Source: Candidatus Dormiibacterota bacterium
Lineage (GTDB): Bacteria; Chloroflexota; Dormibacteria; CF-121
Assembly (NCBI GenBank): GCA_035936995.1
Contig: DASYVR010000042.1
Location: 8,039-72,038 of the forward strand
Length of the DNA: 64,000 bases
Direction of reading: 5' to 3'
This document shows, piece after piece, positions 43,845 to 53,578 of the stretch. Every line of letters begins with the position of its first letter. The stretch's first letter is position 1. Position numbers and translations under genes: made by a program. The notes under the pieces are model-generated. The model was given only the letters and a program-made list of their open reading frames with translations. It did not search any database and was not told the DNA's origin.

Positions 43845-45086
43845 GTGACCTTGCCGTACCGTGGCGTCGTGCGACGGCTCGGGCTCGTTCTAGCGGGTGT
43901 CCTCCTGCTGCCCAGTTGCGCCGTTTTCGGCGCCGCCGTCAACGAGAACGAGCGGACGGTCCTGGTCGATTACCACTACGACCAGTTCGCCAATATGTTC
44001 GCGTATTTCTTTCCCCACCAGCTCACCGTGCGGCAGGGCGACACGGCGGTCTTCAAGCAGGCCTGGAACGGGGAAGCCCACACGGTCACATTCGGCTCGA
44101 TCATAGAGACGGTCGGGAAGCCGGTCTGGCCGTACATCGACAAGGACCAGCAGCCACCGCAGAGCGTGCTGGACGCGTCGAATCAGGCTGCGCAGGTGGT
44201 TCCCTTCATGGTTGGGCAGGACAACGTCGTCCACCAGAACGGCGCCCAAGCCTGCTTTCTGGAGAGCGGTACGCCACCGACCGACGTCAACACTCCATGC
44301 CCGAAACGAACACAACCGGGCTTCACCGGGCGTCAGGCCTTCTACAGCAGCGGCTTCATCCCCTACCAGGGCACCGACCGTGACAACACCTTCCGGGTGC
44401 CGGTCGCCGCCGACGCGACGCCGGGCATCTACCATTTCATCTGCCTCTTCCACGGTCCCGGGATGAACGGGACGCTCACGATCGTGCCCAAGGGCACGGC
44501 GATTCCCTCGCAGGCCGAGGTGAACACGAAGGCGCAGACGGAGGTCAACGCCGTCGCGACGCCGCTGCTCAACGCGTTCAACCAGGCGAAGAAAGGTCAC
44601 TTCCCGGTGAAGCTCCCGTCCTACAAGTTCGTCCTCGCCGGGTACGGTGTCCCGGGCCAGAACAGCCAACACGGATTCGGTTCGATCAGCGAGTTCCTCC
44701 CAAAGACCGTCGATATCAAGGTCGGCGAGGCGCTCCGATGGCTCATCGTCGCCGATCTTCACAACGTCGCCTTCGACGTCCCGAAGTACGTTCCCGAGTT
44801 CACCGTCGCGAAGGACGGCGCGGTGAGCTGGAATGGGCCGGCGATCAACCCGGTGGGCAGCCCGGCGATCCCGCAGTCCCAGGCTGGCCCAGGGCCACCA
44901 CCCGCGGAGATCGTGCCGACGATCGTCGACGCCGGGCGCTACGACGGTTCCTTTTTCATCTCGTCCGGGCTCGGTGGCGGCGGGCCGGCGGACGTCGGCT
45001 ACAGCCTGACGTTTACGAAAGCGGGCACCTACCAGTACGCCTGCCTGATCCATCCAAGGATGGTGGGGACGCTGGTCGTCCATTAG
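43845..45086 (+). CDS. Two-domain cupredoxin (plastocyanin/azurin-like) lipoprotein
   Basis: Lipobox LLLPSCAV, and two type-1 copper motifs: FICLFHGPGMNGTLTIV and YACLIHPRMVGTLVV. Confidence 0.8.
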   Translation: MTLPYRGVVRRLGLVLAGVLLLPSCAVFGAAVNENERTVLVDYHYDQFANMFAYFFPHQLTVRQGDTAVFKQAWNGEAHTVTFGSIIETVGKPVWPYIDKDQQPPQSVLDASNQAAQVVPFMVGQDNVVHQNGAQACFLESGTPPTDVNTPCPKRTQPGFTGRQAFYSSGFIPYQGTDRDNTFRVPVAADATPGIYHFICLFHGPGMNGTLTIVPKGTAIPSQAEVNTKAQTEVNAVATPLLNAFNQAKKGHFPVKLPSYKFVLAGYGVPGQNSQHGFGSISEFLPKTVDIKVGEALRWLIVADLHNVAFDVPKYVPEFTVAKDGAVSWNGPAINPVGSPAIPQSQAGPGPPPAEIVPTIVDAGRYDGSFFISSGLGGGGPADVGYSLTFTKAGTYQYACLIHPRMVGTLVVH

Positions 45087-45087
45087 C

Positions 45088-47358
45088 GTGACCGATCGGT
45101 CCGTTCGGCACCTGGCCGGGGATATCGCCTTCTTCGGCTTCCTGGCCATCTACACAGGCTTGGCCATCGTGATCCTGGCGCTTGGGGTCGTCGCGGCGAT
45201 CGCCCATGTCTCGCCCGACCTCCACCAGAATCTCCACCTTTTTGGGTTCGGTCCCCAGACACTCCCCGAGCGGCTGGCGCAGGCGATGGCGGTGGCCTCG
45301 CACCAGGCCGAGTCCGGCGGACAGCTGGCGCTCGACTACGGATTCAGCGTCCTGAACCTCATCCTGGGTCTCTACCTCATCTACCTTCGGCCGCACAATC
45401 GAACGGCCCGCTTCTTGGCCGTCGGCATGGTGGGGACGGCCGCCGTCTTCAACCTGCAGGCGTTGAGCGTCTACGGCGCGCTACAGTCGACCAGCCTCGA
45501 GACGGGGCTGCATTTCGGCTTTGAGCTGATCGCGATGCTCGCCTATCTCTATGCGCTGCTGACCTTCCCCGACGGGCATCTGATCCCTCACTGGCCCGGC
45601 TGGGCCCATGCCGTCCTCTACCTGCCAGTTACGCTCGTGCTCGCCGCCGCGCTGTACGCGGTCCAGGGGACGCCGCTCAGGATCGCGATCATCCTCGCCT
45701 TCGGGCTGCTGACGCCGATCGTCGGGGTCGTTGCCCAGGCCTATCGCTGGATCTCACCCAAAGGCCCGGAGGAGCGCCAGCTGTCGCGGTTGCTCTTCTT
45801 CTCATTGCTCCCGGCCCTTGTCCTGGCCCTGTTTACGCATCCCGAGAACCTGGGCAGCCTGTTGAACCCGTCACTTCAGGGACGCCCGCTGGAAGAGGTG
45901 CCGGTCACGTTCTTCCGGCTCTTCCAACCCGTTTTCGCGATCATCCCGCTCGCGCTGTTCGTCGGCATCATCCGCTTCCGGATCTGGGACATCGACCGCC
46001 TCGTCAGTCGGACGATCGTGTACGGGGCCCTCGCTGCCTTCGTTAGCGCGGTCTACATCGGCGTGGTGGTGGGTGTCGGCAACCTGATCGGCGTGCAGCA
46101 ACACAGCCTCTTGCTCTCCCTCCTCGCCACTGGGCTGGTAGCGCTTGCCTTTCAACCTGTGCGCAACCGGGTGCAGCGCCTTGCCAACCGACTGGTCTAC
46201 GGCAATCGCGCGACCCCGTATGAGGTGCTGTCGTCCTTTTCCCGAATGGCGGAAACCTTCGGAGCGGAAGACCTCCTTACGCGCACGGCGCGCATCCTAT
46301 CGGAAGGGACTGATTCGACGGCTACCGTCTGGCTTAAGGTCGGCGATGAGCTGCGCCCCTCGAGCCGCTGGCCATCGACCTCGCCCCTACCCCAGCCGGT
46401 CGGCATCGCCGGGGACGAGCTACCCGTCGATCGCGCCGTCCCGGTGCGGCACCAGGGTGAGCTGCTGGGCGCCTTTACGATCGAAAAGCGCGGTGAGCCT
46501 CTGACGGCGGCCGATGACAAGCTGATCAGCGATCTGGCCGCGCAGGCTGGCCTCGTCTTGCGCAATGCCGGGTTGACCGCCGAGCTGATGGAGCGCCTCG
46601 AGGATCTCCGCCTGTCGCGCCAGCGCTTGGTTCGGGCTCAGGACGAGGCGCGGCGGCGGCTCGAGCGCAACATCCACGACGGCGCCCAACAACAGCTCGT
46701 CGCGCTCAAGGTCAGGATGAGCCTGGCCGAGCGGATGATCGGGAAGGATCCCGAGAAGCTGAAGCAGGCGTTGCGCCAGCTCAACCACGACACCGATGAG
46801 GCGATCCAGTCGCTTCGCGAGCTGGCTCGGGGAATCTATCCGCCATTGCTGGCCGAGAGGGGACTGGCCGCTGCTCTCGAATCGCAGGCGCGCAAGTCAT
46901 CGGTGCCCGTCGATCTGGTGAGCGGCGCGTTGGAGCGATATGCCCCCGAGGTCGAGTCCGCGGTATATTTCTGCAGCCTGGAGGCGCTCCAGAACGTGGC
47001 GAAGTCGGCGCAGGCGACCCAGGTCACCATCCGGCTCGACGCCGCTAATGGCGTCCTTACTTTCTCCATCCAAGACGATGGCCGAGGGTTCGATCCGACC
47101 AGGGCCCGCGAGGGGTCGGGGTTGCAGAACATGACCGACCGGATCGAAGCGCTGGGCGGGAAGCTTCTGATCCGCTCGGCGCCCGGGCAGGGCACGTCGA
47201 TCAGCGGCGAGGTGCCGGTCTGGGCACTTGCGGATCACCATCCCGACGACGGGACCGCCAGCAACCTTCTGACGCTCCGCGAGCTGGCCGATCAGGTCGC
47301 CGCCCGGGGTGACGCGGATGGCCCTCATGGGAGCTCGGAGACGTCCGGCCAGCGCTAG
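45088..47358 (+). CDS. Polytopic sensor histidine kinase (HisKA_3 / NarL-type) with a GAF-like linker
   Basis: About 330 aa of TM helices, then the H-box ERNIHDGAQQQLVALK and an HATPase region (DDGRGFD, GSGLQNMTDRIEALGG). It starts 1 nt after the cupredoxin stop, and no cognate response regulator is adjacent. Confidence 0.9.
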   Translation: MTDRSVRHLAGDIAFFGFLAIYTGLAIVILALGVVAAIAHVSPDLHQNLHLFGFGPQTLPERLAQAMAVASHQAESGGQLALDYGFSVLNLILGLYLIYLRPHNRTARFLAVGMVGTAAVFNLQALSVYGALQSTSLETGLHFGFELIAMLAYLYALLTFPDGHLIPHWPGWAHAVLYLPVTLVLAAALYAVQGTPLRIAIILAFGLLTPIVGVVAQAYRWISPKGPEERQLSRLLFFSLLPALVLALFTHPENLGSLLNPSLQGRPLEEVPVTFFRLFQPVFAIIPLALFVGIIRFRIWDIDRLVSRTIVYGALAAFVSAVYIGVVVGVGNLIGVQQHSLLLSLLATGLVALAFQPVRNRVQRLANRLVYGNRATPYEVLSSFSRMAETFGAEDLLTRTARILSEGTDSTATVWLKVGDELRPSSRWPSTSPLPQPVGIAGDELPVDRAVPVRHQGELLGAFTIEKRGEPLTAADDKLISDLAAQAGLVLRNAGLTAELMERLEDLRLSRQRLVRAQDEARRRLERNIHDGAQQQLVALKVRMSLAERMIGKDPEKLKQALRQLNHDTDEAIQSLRELARGIYPPLLAERGLAAALESQARKSSVPVDLVSGALERYAPEVESAVYFCSLEALQNVAKSAQATQVTIRLDAANGVLTFSIQDDGRGFDPTRAREGSGLQNMTDRIEALGGKLLIRSAPGQGTSISGEVPVWALADHHPDDGTASNLLTLRELADQVAARGDADGPHGSSETSGQR

Positions 47359-47460
47359 CGGCGGGTCGGAACTTGACAAGCTGGCCCATCGCGCTGAGGA
47401 TGCTTCCTGAGGGCCGAGCGTGACCGGCCGAGCCGGCAATGTCATGGGGAGGACACGTCG

Positions 47461-48393
47461 ATGAGCGACCGGCAGCCGCAGCCGGTGGTTGCGCCGCTAA
47501 CACGGGCCGCGATCTTTCTCGTTGTCACGGTCAACCCGAGCGATGCGCACCGCGCGACCGTGCGCGCATTCTGCGACGATTTCCCCGCGCTCGTACGCGC
47601 GGTTGCGTTCCGTGATCTCGAAGGCTACCTATCCTGCGTGATCGGGTTTGGCTCATCCGCATGGGATCAGCTCTTCCAGTCGGCCCGGCCGGCTGGGCTC
47701 CATGCGTTCCGGGAGATCCGCGCTGGATCCCGCCATGCCGTTTCCACGCCCGGGGACATCTTGTTCCACATCCGCGCGGCGCGGATGGATCTCTGCTTCG
47801 AGCTGGCGACACAGTTCATGGCACGGCTTGGCGCGGCCGTTTCGCCCGTCGATGAGGTCCATGGCTTCCAGTATTTCGACGATCGCGATCTCATTGGCTT
47901 CGTCGACGGCACGGAGAACCCGACGGATCAAGCGGCGGAGGTTGCCACCATGATCGGGGAAGAGGACCCCGGCTTCGCTGGTGGCAGCTACGTCATCGTG
48001 CAGAAGTACCTCCACGATATCTCCGGGTGGAACGCGCTTTCCACGGAAGCCCAGGAGCGCATCATCGGTCGCACCAAGTTGTCCGATATCGAGCTGGACG
48101 ACGCCGTCAAGCCCACCTCCGCGCACAACGCGCTGACAACCATCGTCGAGAATGGGAAAGAGACCAAGATTCTCCGCGACAACATGCCATTCGGTGGGGT
48201 CGCGCACGGGGAGTTCGGGACCTACTTCATCGGCTATGCGCGCTCACCGCGGACGATCGAGCAGATGCTGGAGAACATGTTCGTCGGCCGCCCGCCTGGC
48301 AACTACGACCGGATACTGGACTTCAGTCGCGCCATCACCGGCAGCCTTTTCTTCGTGCCGTCCCTGGACCTGTTGGAGTCCCTCGTATCCTAG
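47461..48393 (+). CDS. Dye-decolorizing (DyP-type) peroxidase
   Basis: IGFVDGTENP motif, and a C-terminal FFVPS. Confidence 0.9.
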   Translation: MSDRQPQPVVAPLTRAAIFLVVTVNPSDAHRATVRAFCDDFPALVRAVAFRDLEGYLSCVIGFGSSAWDQLFQSARPAGLHAFREIRAGSRHAVSTPGDILFHIRAARMDLCFELATQFMARLGAAVSPVDEVHGFQYFDDRDLIGFVDGTENPTDQAAEVATMIGEEDPGFAGGSYVIVQKYLHDISGWNALSTEAQERIIGRTKLSDIELDDAVKPTSAHNALTTIVENGKETKILRDNMPFGGVAHGEFGTYFIGYARSPRTIEQMLENMFVGRPPGNYDRILDFSRAITGSLFFVPSLDLLESLVS

Positions 48394-48431
48394 TGTCACC
48401 TCGGTGATGGGCAGGCGCGGAGCAGTCGAGA

Positions 48432-49157
48432 TTATGGTTTCTCCGGGGCTCCCTCGAGAACCAGGCAGTACCCACGGCCTTTTTCGGTGACCAGCTTGCA
48501 CCATGCCTGGAAAGGAGACAGCTTCTGTCGCATTCGGGTGATATACGTTCGGAGTTGCTCTGCCGAAGCGTCAGTCCCCCAGGTTTGGGCGAGGATCTCC
48601 TCGGCTCGGAAATACTGATTGGGACTGGCCAAGAAGAACGCCAGGACCTCCCACTCACGTTTCGTGAAGCGGACCTGTGTCTCGCCCCGCAGAACGACAC
48701 GCCGTTCAGCATCGAACACCAGCCCACCGAGCTCGATCCGCGTCGCGAGCGGGACGAGTGAACTAGGACTCGGACCACGGAGTTCCACCTTTATGGCACC
48801 GATCAATGCGTCCGGCACGAACGGCTTGGGGAGGATTTGCTCAGCTCCAGCAGCATAGGTCTCCAGCGCTCCGTGGTACGTCTCGTCGAGGATCATCAGG
48901 GGCGCGCGGGCAAGTGAGCGAATCTCCTTCAGTACCTCTGGGTCGATCCGGGATTCGGCATCGACCCCAATGATTACTAAGTCAAATTTCCGAGGTCCCT
49001 CGAGAAGCTTTCTGCCGTGTTCAATCTCTGACACGCTCTCCCACTGTCCTCCGGCGATTTCGACGACATGGCTGATGACGGATCGGTAACCGGGATTGGT
49101 TTCGATAACCAGGATCCGAGGAAGCCTCGCCTGCCGAGACTTGGTGTCTTTGCTCAT
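48432..49157 (-). CDS. OmpR-family winged-helix regulator with a degenerate (pseudo-)receiver domain
   Basis: C-terminal Trans_reg_C domain (RFTKREWEVLAFFLASPNQYFRAEEILAQTWG...LRTYITRMRQKL). The receiver has ILVIETNP in place of the acidic DD pair and DLVIIGVD where the phospho-acceptor Asp is expected, while the conserved Lys (LPKPF) is retained. Confidence 0.85.
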   Translation of the reverse strand: MSKDTKSRQARLPRILVIETNPGYRSVISHVVEIAGGQWESVSEIEHGRKLLEGPRKFDLVIIGVDAESRIDPEVLKEIRSLARAPLMILDETYHGALETYAAGAEQILPKPFVPDALIGAIKVELRGPSPSSLVPLATRIELGGLVFDAERRVVLRGETQVRFTKREWEVLAFFLASPNQYFRAEEILAQTWGTDASAEQLRTYITRMRQKLSPFQAWCKLVTEKGRGYCLVLEGAPEKP

Positions 49158-49243
49158 TCCCCACCCCTCATCGGCTTGTTCAGGAAATAGTGTGGACTAC
49201 TCCGACGCGTTGAAGTTGCCGGGTAGGATAACGCGAGCCTCCA

Positions 49244-49330
49244 TTGTTGCGTACACCGGCCGAGGTATCGCAACAATTGTTGCGGAGCCATTCTGCAAGG
49301 GTGCCGCGATTGGGGAAACAGTTTGTTGCG
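49244..49330. promoter_or_regulatory. TTGTTGCG motif cluster including a perfect 16-bp palindrome
   Basis: TTGTTGCG at 49244-51 and 49323-30, and CGCAACAATTGTTGCG at 49269-84. They lie in the 320-nt divergent region between the OmpR-like gene and the cheY-kaiC operon. Confidence 0.5.
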
Positions 49331-49478
49331 TTTCGATTGAGGCCTGATTTTGCAGACATCTTGTCGGAGCCTGTGAGAGATTCGATTCTGTGGCTCGAAA
49401 CGGCTCACAAATGGGGTGGCTGGACAATTCCGTAATCTGGGCCGAATAAACTAAGAGAAGAGGCAGGGGAAGGAACCG

Positions 49479-49832
49479 CTGGCAAGGATTCTGATCGTCG
49501 ATGACGAACCGGACGTCCGGTTCATGATGCGCTTGATCTTCGAGGCAGCCGGCCACAAGGTCACCGAGGCGCGGCACGGCGCGACCGGCTTGAAGTCGGT
49601 CAAGTCGGCGCCGCCGGACCTCGTTATCACGGATGTCATGATGCCGACCATGGACGGACTCGAATTCATCGAGCGCCTGCGTTCCGATCCCGAGACAGCG
49701 GCGATCCCGATCCTGGTCGTCAGCGGCAACTCCGAACTGGCCGCCGCGGCCAATACCCGCATAGGCAAACCATTCCTGGCGCAGGAGCTCCTGAGCGCCG
49801 CGGCCCTCCTGATCAGAGAAAATGGAGCCTGA
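49479..49832 (+). CDS. Single-domain response regulator (CheY-like receiver)
   Basis: LARILIVDDEPDV...DLVITDVMMPTMDG...ILVVSG...GKPF is a complete receiver. The listed ORF (ATG 49524) would delete the DD pocket. The only plausible upstream in-frame start is CTG 49479, about 5 nt after GGGGAAGGA. Confidence 0.8.
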   Translation: MARILIVDDEPDVRFMMRLIFEAAGHKVTEARHGATGLKSVKSAPPDLVITDVMMPTMDGLEFIERLRSDPETAAIPILVVSGNSELAAAANTRIGKPFLAQELLSAAALLIRENGA

Positions 49833-51264
49833 CATGCAACGGCTCCGAACCGGCATTCTGGACCTCGATCTCATTCTGGGGGGCGGGCTCGAGCCGGGCT
49901 CGCTCGTCATCCTCGCCGGGGCCCCCGGCACCGGCAAGACCATCCTTGCCCAGCAGATTTGCTTCGCCAACGCCACGCCCGAGCACAAGGCCCTCTACTA
50001 CACCACGCTGTCCGAGCCGCACTCCAAGCTCGTCCGGCACCTGGAGCCGTTCGATTTCTTCAAACCAGCGGCCCTCGGCAAGAGCGTGGACTTCATCCAT
50101 CTGGGCGAGCTGGTCCAGGAAACCGCCAAGGAGGGCCTCGAGTCGATGGTCTCCGAGGTGGTCCGGGAGTGCTTTGAGACCCGGCCGGCCGTGGTGGTGA
50201 TCGATAGCGCCAAAGCGCTTCGCGACTTCGTCAGCGACCACGAGCTCCGGACCGCTCTCTATGGCCTGGCCAGCCGGGTCGCTCACACTGACGCCCTGCT
50301 TCTGCTGGTGGGTGAGTACACGCCGGCCGAAATCGAGGGCGGAGTCGAGTTCTCCCTGGCGGACGGCATCGTCCAGCTCGCCTACGAGCCCCATGAGCCG
50401 GTGGACCGCCGCTGGCTGCGCGTGGTCAAGCTGCGAGGCGGCGACCACCTGGTCGGCAAACACTCGTTTCGCATTCGCCAGGGGGGCTTCGAGGTGTTTC
50501 CCCGACTGGAGACGCTGGCGCCAAACGGCAGCGTCGAAGCCGATGGGCGGGTCGCCAGCGGCGTTCCCCGGCTCGACGATTTGATGGGAGGCGGGATGAG
50601 TGCCGGGCAGGCGACCGTCGTTCTCGGGCCGTCGGGCGCGGGGAAGACCATTTTCGGGCTCCGCTATGCCGCCCAGGGCCTCGAAGCGGGAGAGCGTTGC
50701 CTCTACGTCTCCTTCCAGGAAACCGGCAACCAACTCGTCAAGAAGGCCGCCAGCTTTGGTTGGAACATCGAGGAAGCCTGGAAATCGGGGCAGCTGGTCA
50801 TCCATTACGTCCCAGTCGGAGAGCTGGACCTCGATGCCATCGCGGCGGCCGTGCGCCGGGAACTCACCAGGGGTTCGGTACGCCGGGTCGTGATCGACAG
50901 CCTGGCGGAGCTGGTGTTTGCGGCGCGCGAGGCGGACCGGTTCCCGGCATATTCCCGTAGCCTCGTGGGATGGATCCGGGCGGCCGGCGCCTCGGTGGTG
51001 ATCACCAGCGAAACGACCACGCTTGGACCAATGACCGAGCCGATCGGCGGATTGTCGTTCCTGTTCCACAACGTGATCATGCTGCGCTACCTCGAAATCG
51101 GCTCCGAGCTACGTCGGGCGCTCAACGTCATCAAGATGCGAACCAGCAACCACGACAAGGGCGTCTTCGAATATGTGATCGACCGACATGGCCTCACGGT
51201 CAAGGACCGCTTGGAAGGGGTCACCGGAGTCCTCGGGTGGAGCGCCCTTCGCACCCAGGGGTGA
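49822..51264 (+). CDS. kaiC: KaiC-like double RecA-domain ATPase
   Basis: Two Walker A motifs (GAPGTGKT and GPSGAGKT), each within a KaiC/RecA-type domain, and KLRG/KMRT motifs. It overlaps the receiver gene; ATG 49834 is an alternative start. Confidence 0.9.
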   Translation: MEPDMQRLRTGILDLDLILGGGLEPGSLVILAGAPGTGKTILAQQICFANATPEHKALYYTTLSEPHSKLVRHLEPFDFFKPAALGKSVDFIHLGELVQETAKEGLESMVSEVVRECFETRPAVVVIDSAKALRDFVSDHELRTALYGLASRVAHTDALLLLVGEYTPAEIEGGVEFSLADGIVQLAYEPHEPVDRRWLRVVKLRGGDHLVGKHSFRIRQGGFEVFPRLETLAPNGSVEADGRVASGVPRLDDLMGGGMSAGQATVVLGPSGAGKTIFGLRYAAQGLEAGERCLYVSFQETGNQLVKKAASFGWNIEEAWKSGQLVIHYVPVGELDLDAIAAAVRRELTRGSVRRVVIDSLAELVFAAREADRFPAYSRSLVGWIRAAGASVVITSETTTLGPMTEPIGGLSFLFHNVIMLRYLEIGSELRRALNVIKMRTSNHDKGVFEYVIDRHGLTVKDRLEGVTGVLGWSALRTQG

Positions 51265-51289
51265 CCTCGACCGTTACGGATCGGCGGGA

Positions 51290-53104
51290 CTATCCGAGCA
51301 TCCCGTAGTCGAGAATGGCGACCGAATCCTGGGAGATCCGTGTTGGGCGGCCAGCCGCAGTCGGCGCTGTCCTCTCGTTCGGGCTGTCGACCACAAGCGT
51401 ATGCACCGGGTGAAGGGCGGCCGCGATCCGGTTCGCGGCCTCCGCGGCGGTTCCCTTCCCCACATAGATGTACTTGCGATGCCCGCCATGTGTCCGGGCT
51501 TCTCGCTCGACCCGCCCGAGAATGTCCTGGGCGGTTGGGTCGTTCAGATACGGATCAACGATTTCCATCAAATGTGGCAACCCGGCTCTTGGGATGCCCT
51601 CGCCTCGATACAAGAAGACAATCGGCTGGTTTTTGGCCGCCTTCACGGCGGCTCTCGCTAGCGCGACCGCCGGCCCCCGGTCGCTCGGCACGACGGCAAG
51701 GACGTAGCACGGCCCGATCCGACGACCGCGGGAGATGAGTATCGGCGGGCGATCGTCCCGCAAGAGATGCGGAAAGACCACCGGCAGGCCGCGCCGGTGG
51801 GCCAGCCGTTGGGTCGCCAGACCGATAGCGACGCCCACCACGGTCAGGCCACCGCCGAAGATGGTCGCCAGCGGCTTGGCGAAGAGGTTCGTGACCCAGG
51901 CGATCGTTACGGCCGCCGTCGTAATGACGCCGACCACCATCACGACTGCCGTGGTCCGTTCGTGCCAGCGAATGACGTCAAGGGACAGCGAGGTGAGCAC
52001 GAACGCCCCCAGGAGGCCGAACGCGTAGAGGTCGCCCAGGGTGCCGGCGTTGCCGCGGGCAAAGATCACAACCGCTACCGGGATCAGGACGGCGACGGCG
52101 ATCGCCCAGTGTGGCGTATTCCGCCAGCGGTTTCGGTGGGCCAGTAGTTGGGGCAGGAAGTGCGTGCGGGTAAGGGCGAGGAACACGTGGTAACTGCCGA
52201 TCAGCGCCGTGTTGCTGGCGAAGACCAGCAGGAGGGCGCCGCTGATCGCGACCGCCGAAGCCAGCAGTGGACCGGCGGCGTAGTCACCCAGAAGGGAGAT
52301 GAACTGGCCGGGGTTGGCATGGCTTCCAAGCAGCGTCGTCGACCACAGCGTGAGGAGAGGACTGGTGAGCGCGATCGTGATCACCACCAGGCCCATGCTC
52401 AAATTGGCGACGCGACGGCGGGGCTCGGCCATGGAGGGCGAGAGTTGCGCGATGCTCTCGAGCCCCGAGAAGGCGAGGAAGGCGCCCGCGTATCCGGTCA
52501 GCACAAAAATCGGAGTCAGTCGCGGTCCCGCGCGGACCTGGTGCACCGAGTCGAACATATGGGCCGGCCCCAGTCGCACCGCGACCGCACCGACAACCGC
52601 CAGTTGCAGGACCCCGGCAATCGCGGCGAAGATGGCGCTGGCTTCCGCGCTCGCCTTGACGCCAATGAGGTTCAGGAGCGCGAGGATGGCCAACGCCCCA
52701 ACCGTCCCGAGGACCACGACGGCTCCTAACGATTTGAACACCACGCTGAGATAGATCACCCCTGAGAGTGCGCTGAGCGCGGCGGTCAGAAAGTAGTCGA
52801 CCAGGATGAACATGCCGCCGAGCAAGCCGACGAAGGGATGAAAAGCCCGGGTGCCGACGGTGACCACGCCGCCGCCTTCGGGGTAGCGGACGGCCACCTC
52901 CGCGTACTTGATGGCGAGGAGGACGAAAACCACCAGCGTCATCGCGACGAAGAGCGCCGCTCGGGTTCCGACGTGTCCGTAGAGAATGCCCGGCGTGTAA
53001 TAAACAGAGGTGCCGATGTCGGCGAAGATGACCGCCCAGCAGAGGAACGGGCCGATCCGCTGCCGCCGACGAAGGGCGCGTTTCGTCTTCCCCTGATCCG
53101 GCAT
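51290..53104 (-). CDS. APC-superfamily amino acid/polyamine permease with a C-terminal USP-like domain
   Basis: 12 TM helices with FADIGTSVYYTPG. A cytoplasmic tail of about 130 aa resembles a universal stress protein fold. Confidence 0.8.
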   Translation of the reverse strand: MPDQGKTKRALRRRQRIGPFLCWAVIFADIGTSVYYTPGILYGHVGTRAALFVAMTLVVFVLLAIKYAEVAVRYPEGGGVVTVGTRAFHPFVGLLGGMFILVDYFLTAALSALSGVIYLSVVFKSLGAVVVLGTVGALAILALLNLIGVKASAEASAIFAAIAGVLQLAVVGAVAVRLGPAHMFDSVHQVRAGPRLTPIFVLTGYAGAFLAFSGLESIAQLSPSMAEPRRRVANLSMGLVVITIALTSPLLTLWSTTLLGSHANPGQFISLLGDYAAGPLLASAVAISGALLLVFASNTALIGSYHVFLALTRTHFLPQLLAHRNRWRNTPHWAIAVAVLIPVAVVIFARGNAGTLGDLYAFGLLGAFVLTSLSLDVIRWHERTTAVVMVVGVITTAAVTIAWVTNLFAKPLATIFGGGLTVVGVAIGLATQRLAHRRGLPVVFPHLLRDDRPPILISRGRRIGPCYVLAVVPSDRGPAVALARAAVKAAKNQPIVFLYRGEGIPRAGLPHLMEIVDPYLNDPTAQDILGRVEREARTHGGHRKYIYVGKGTAAEAANRIAAALHPVHTLVVDSPNERTAPTAAGRPTRISQDSVAILDYGMLG

Positions 53105-53180
53105 TGCTCAAATAGTGTCGCTAAAGGACTCTTCTCATGCCCGCAGCGATAAGCTGGAGAGGTTATGAGGAGAGCGGTCG

Positions 53181-53543
53181 GTGGTTCAGAAAGTAAACGT
53201 AGCTGAGAAGTTCGGCCGATTCCAGGAGCATTGGAAGCCCAAGATCATTGGCGAGCTCAACGACTCCTACGTGAAGGCGGTCAAGTTGAAGGGCGAGTTC
53301 GTCTGGCACGAGCACGAGCACGAGGACGAGCTCTTTTTCGTGACCAAGGGCAGCCTTCTGATCAAGCTCCGGGACGGGGAGGTGCAGCTAGCCCCGGGAG
53401 AGTTCGTCATTATCCCGCGCGGCGTAGAGCATCTGCCTGTTGCCGATGATGAGGTCCATGCGCTGCTGATCGAGGCCAAGACAACGATCAACACGGGAGC
53501 AGTTGCCAGCGAACGGACGGTCACTCAGCCGGAGCGGATCTAG
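53181..53543 (+). CDS. Cupin-domain protein
   Basis: FVWHEHEHEDELFFVTKGSLLI...GEFVIIPRGVEH, the cupin motifs 1 and 2. Confidence 0.8.
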   Translation: MVQKVNVAEKFGRFQEHWKPKIIGELNDSYVKAVKLKGEFVWHEHEHEDELFFVTKGSLLIKLRDGEVQLAPGEFVIIPRGVEHLPVADDEVHALLIEAKTTINTGAVASERTVTQPERI

Positions 53544-53578
53544 AGACACCGAAACCCTTCGCGAGTCGATCGGGGCTA

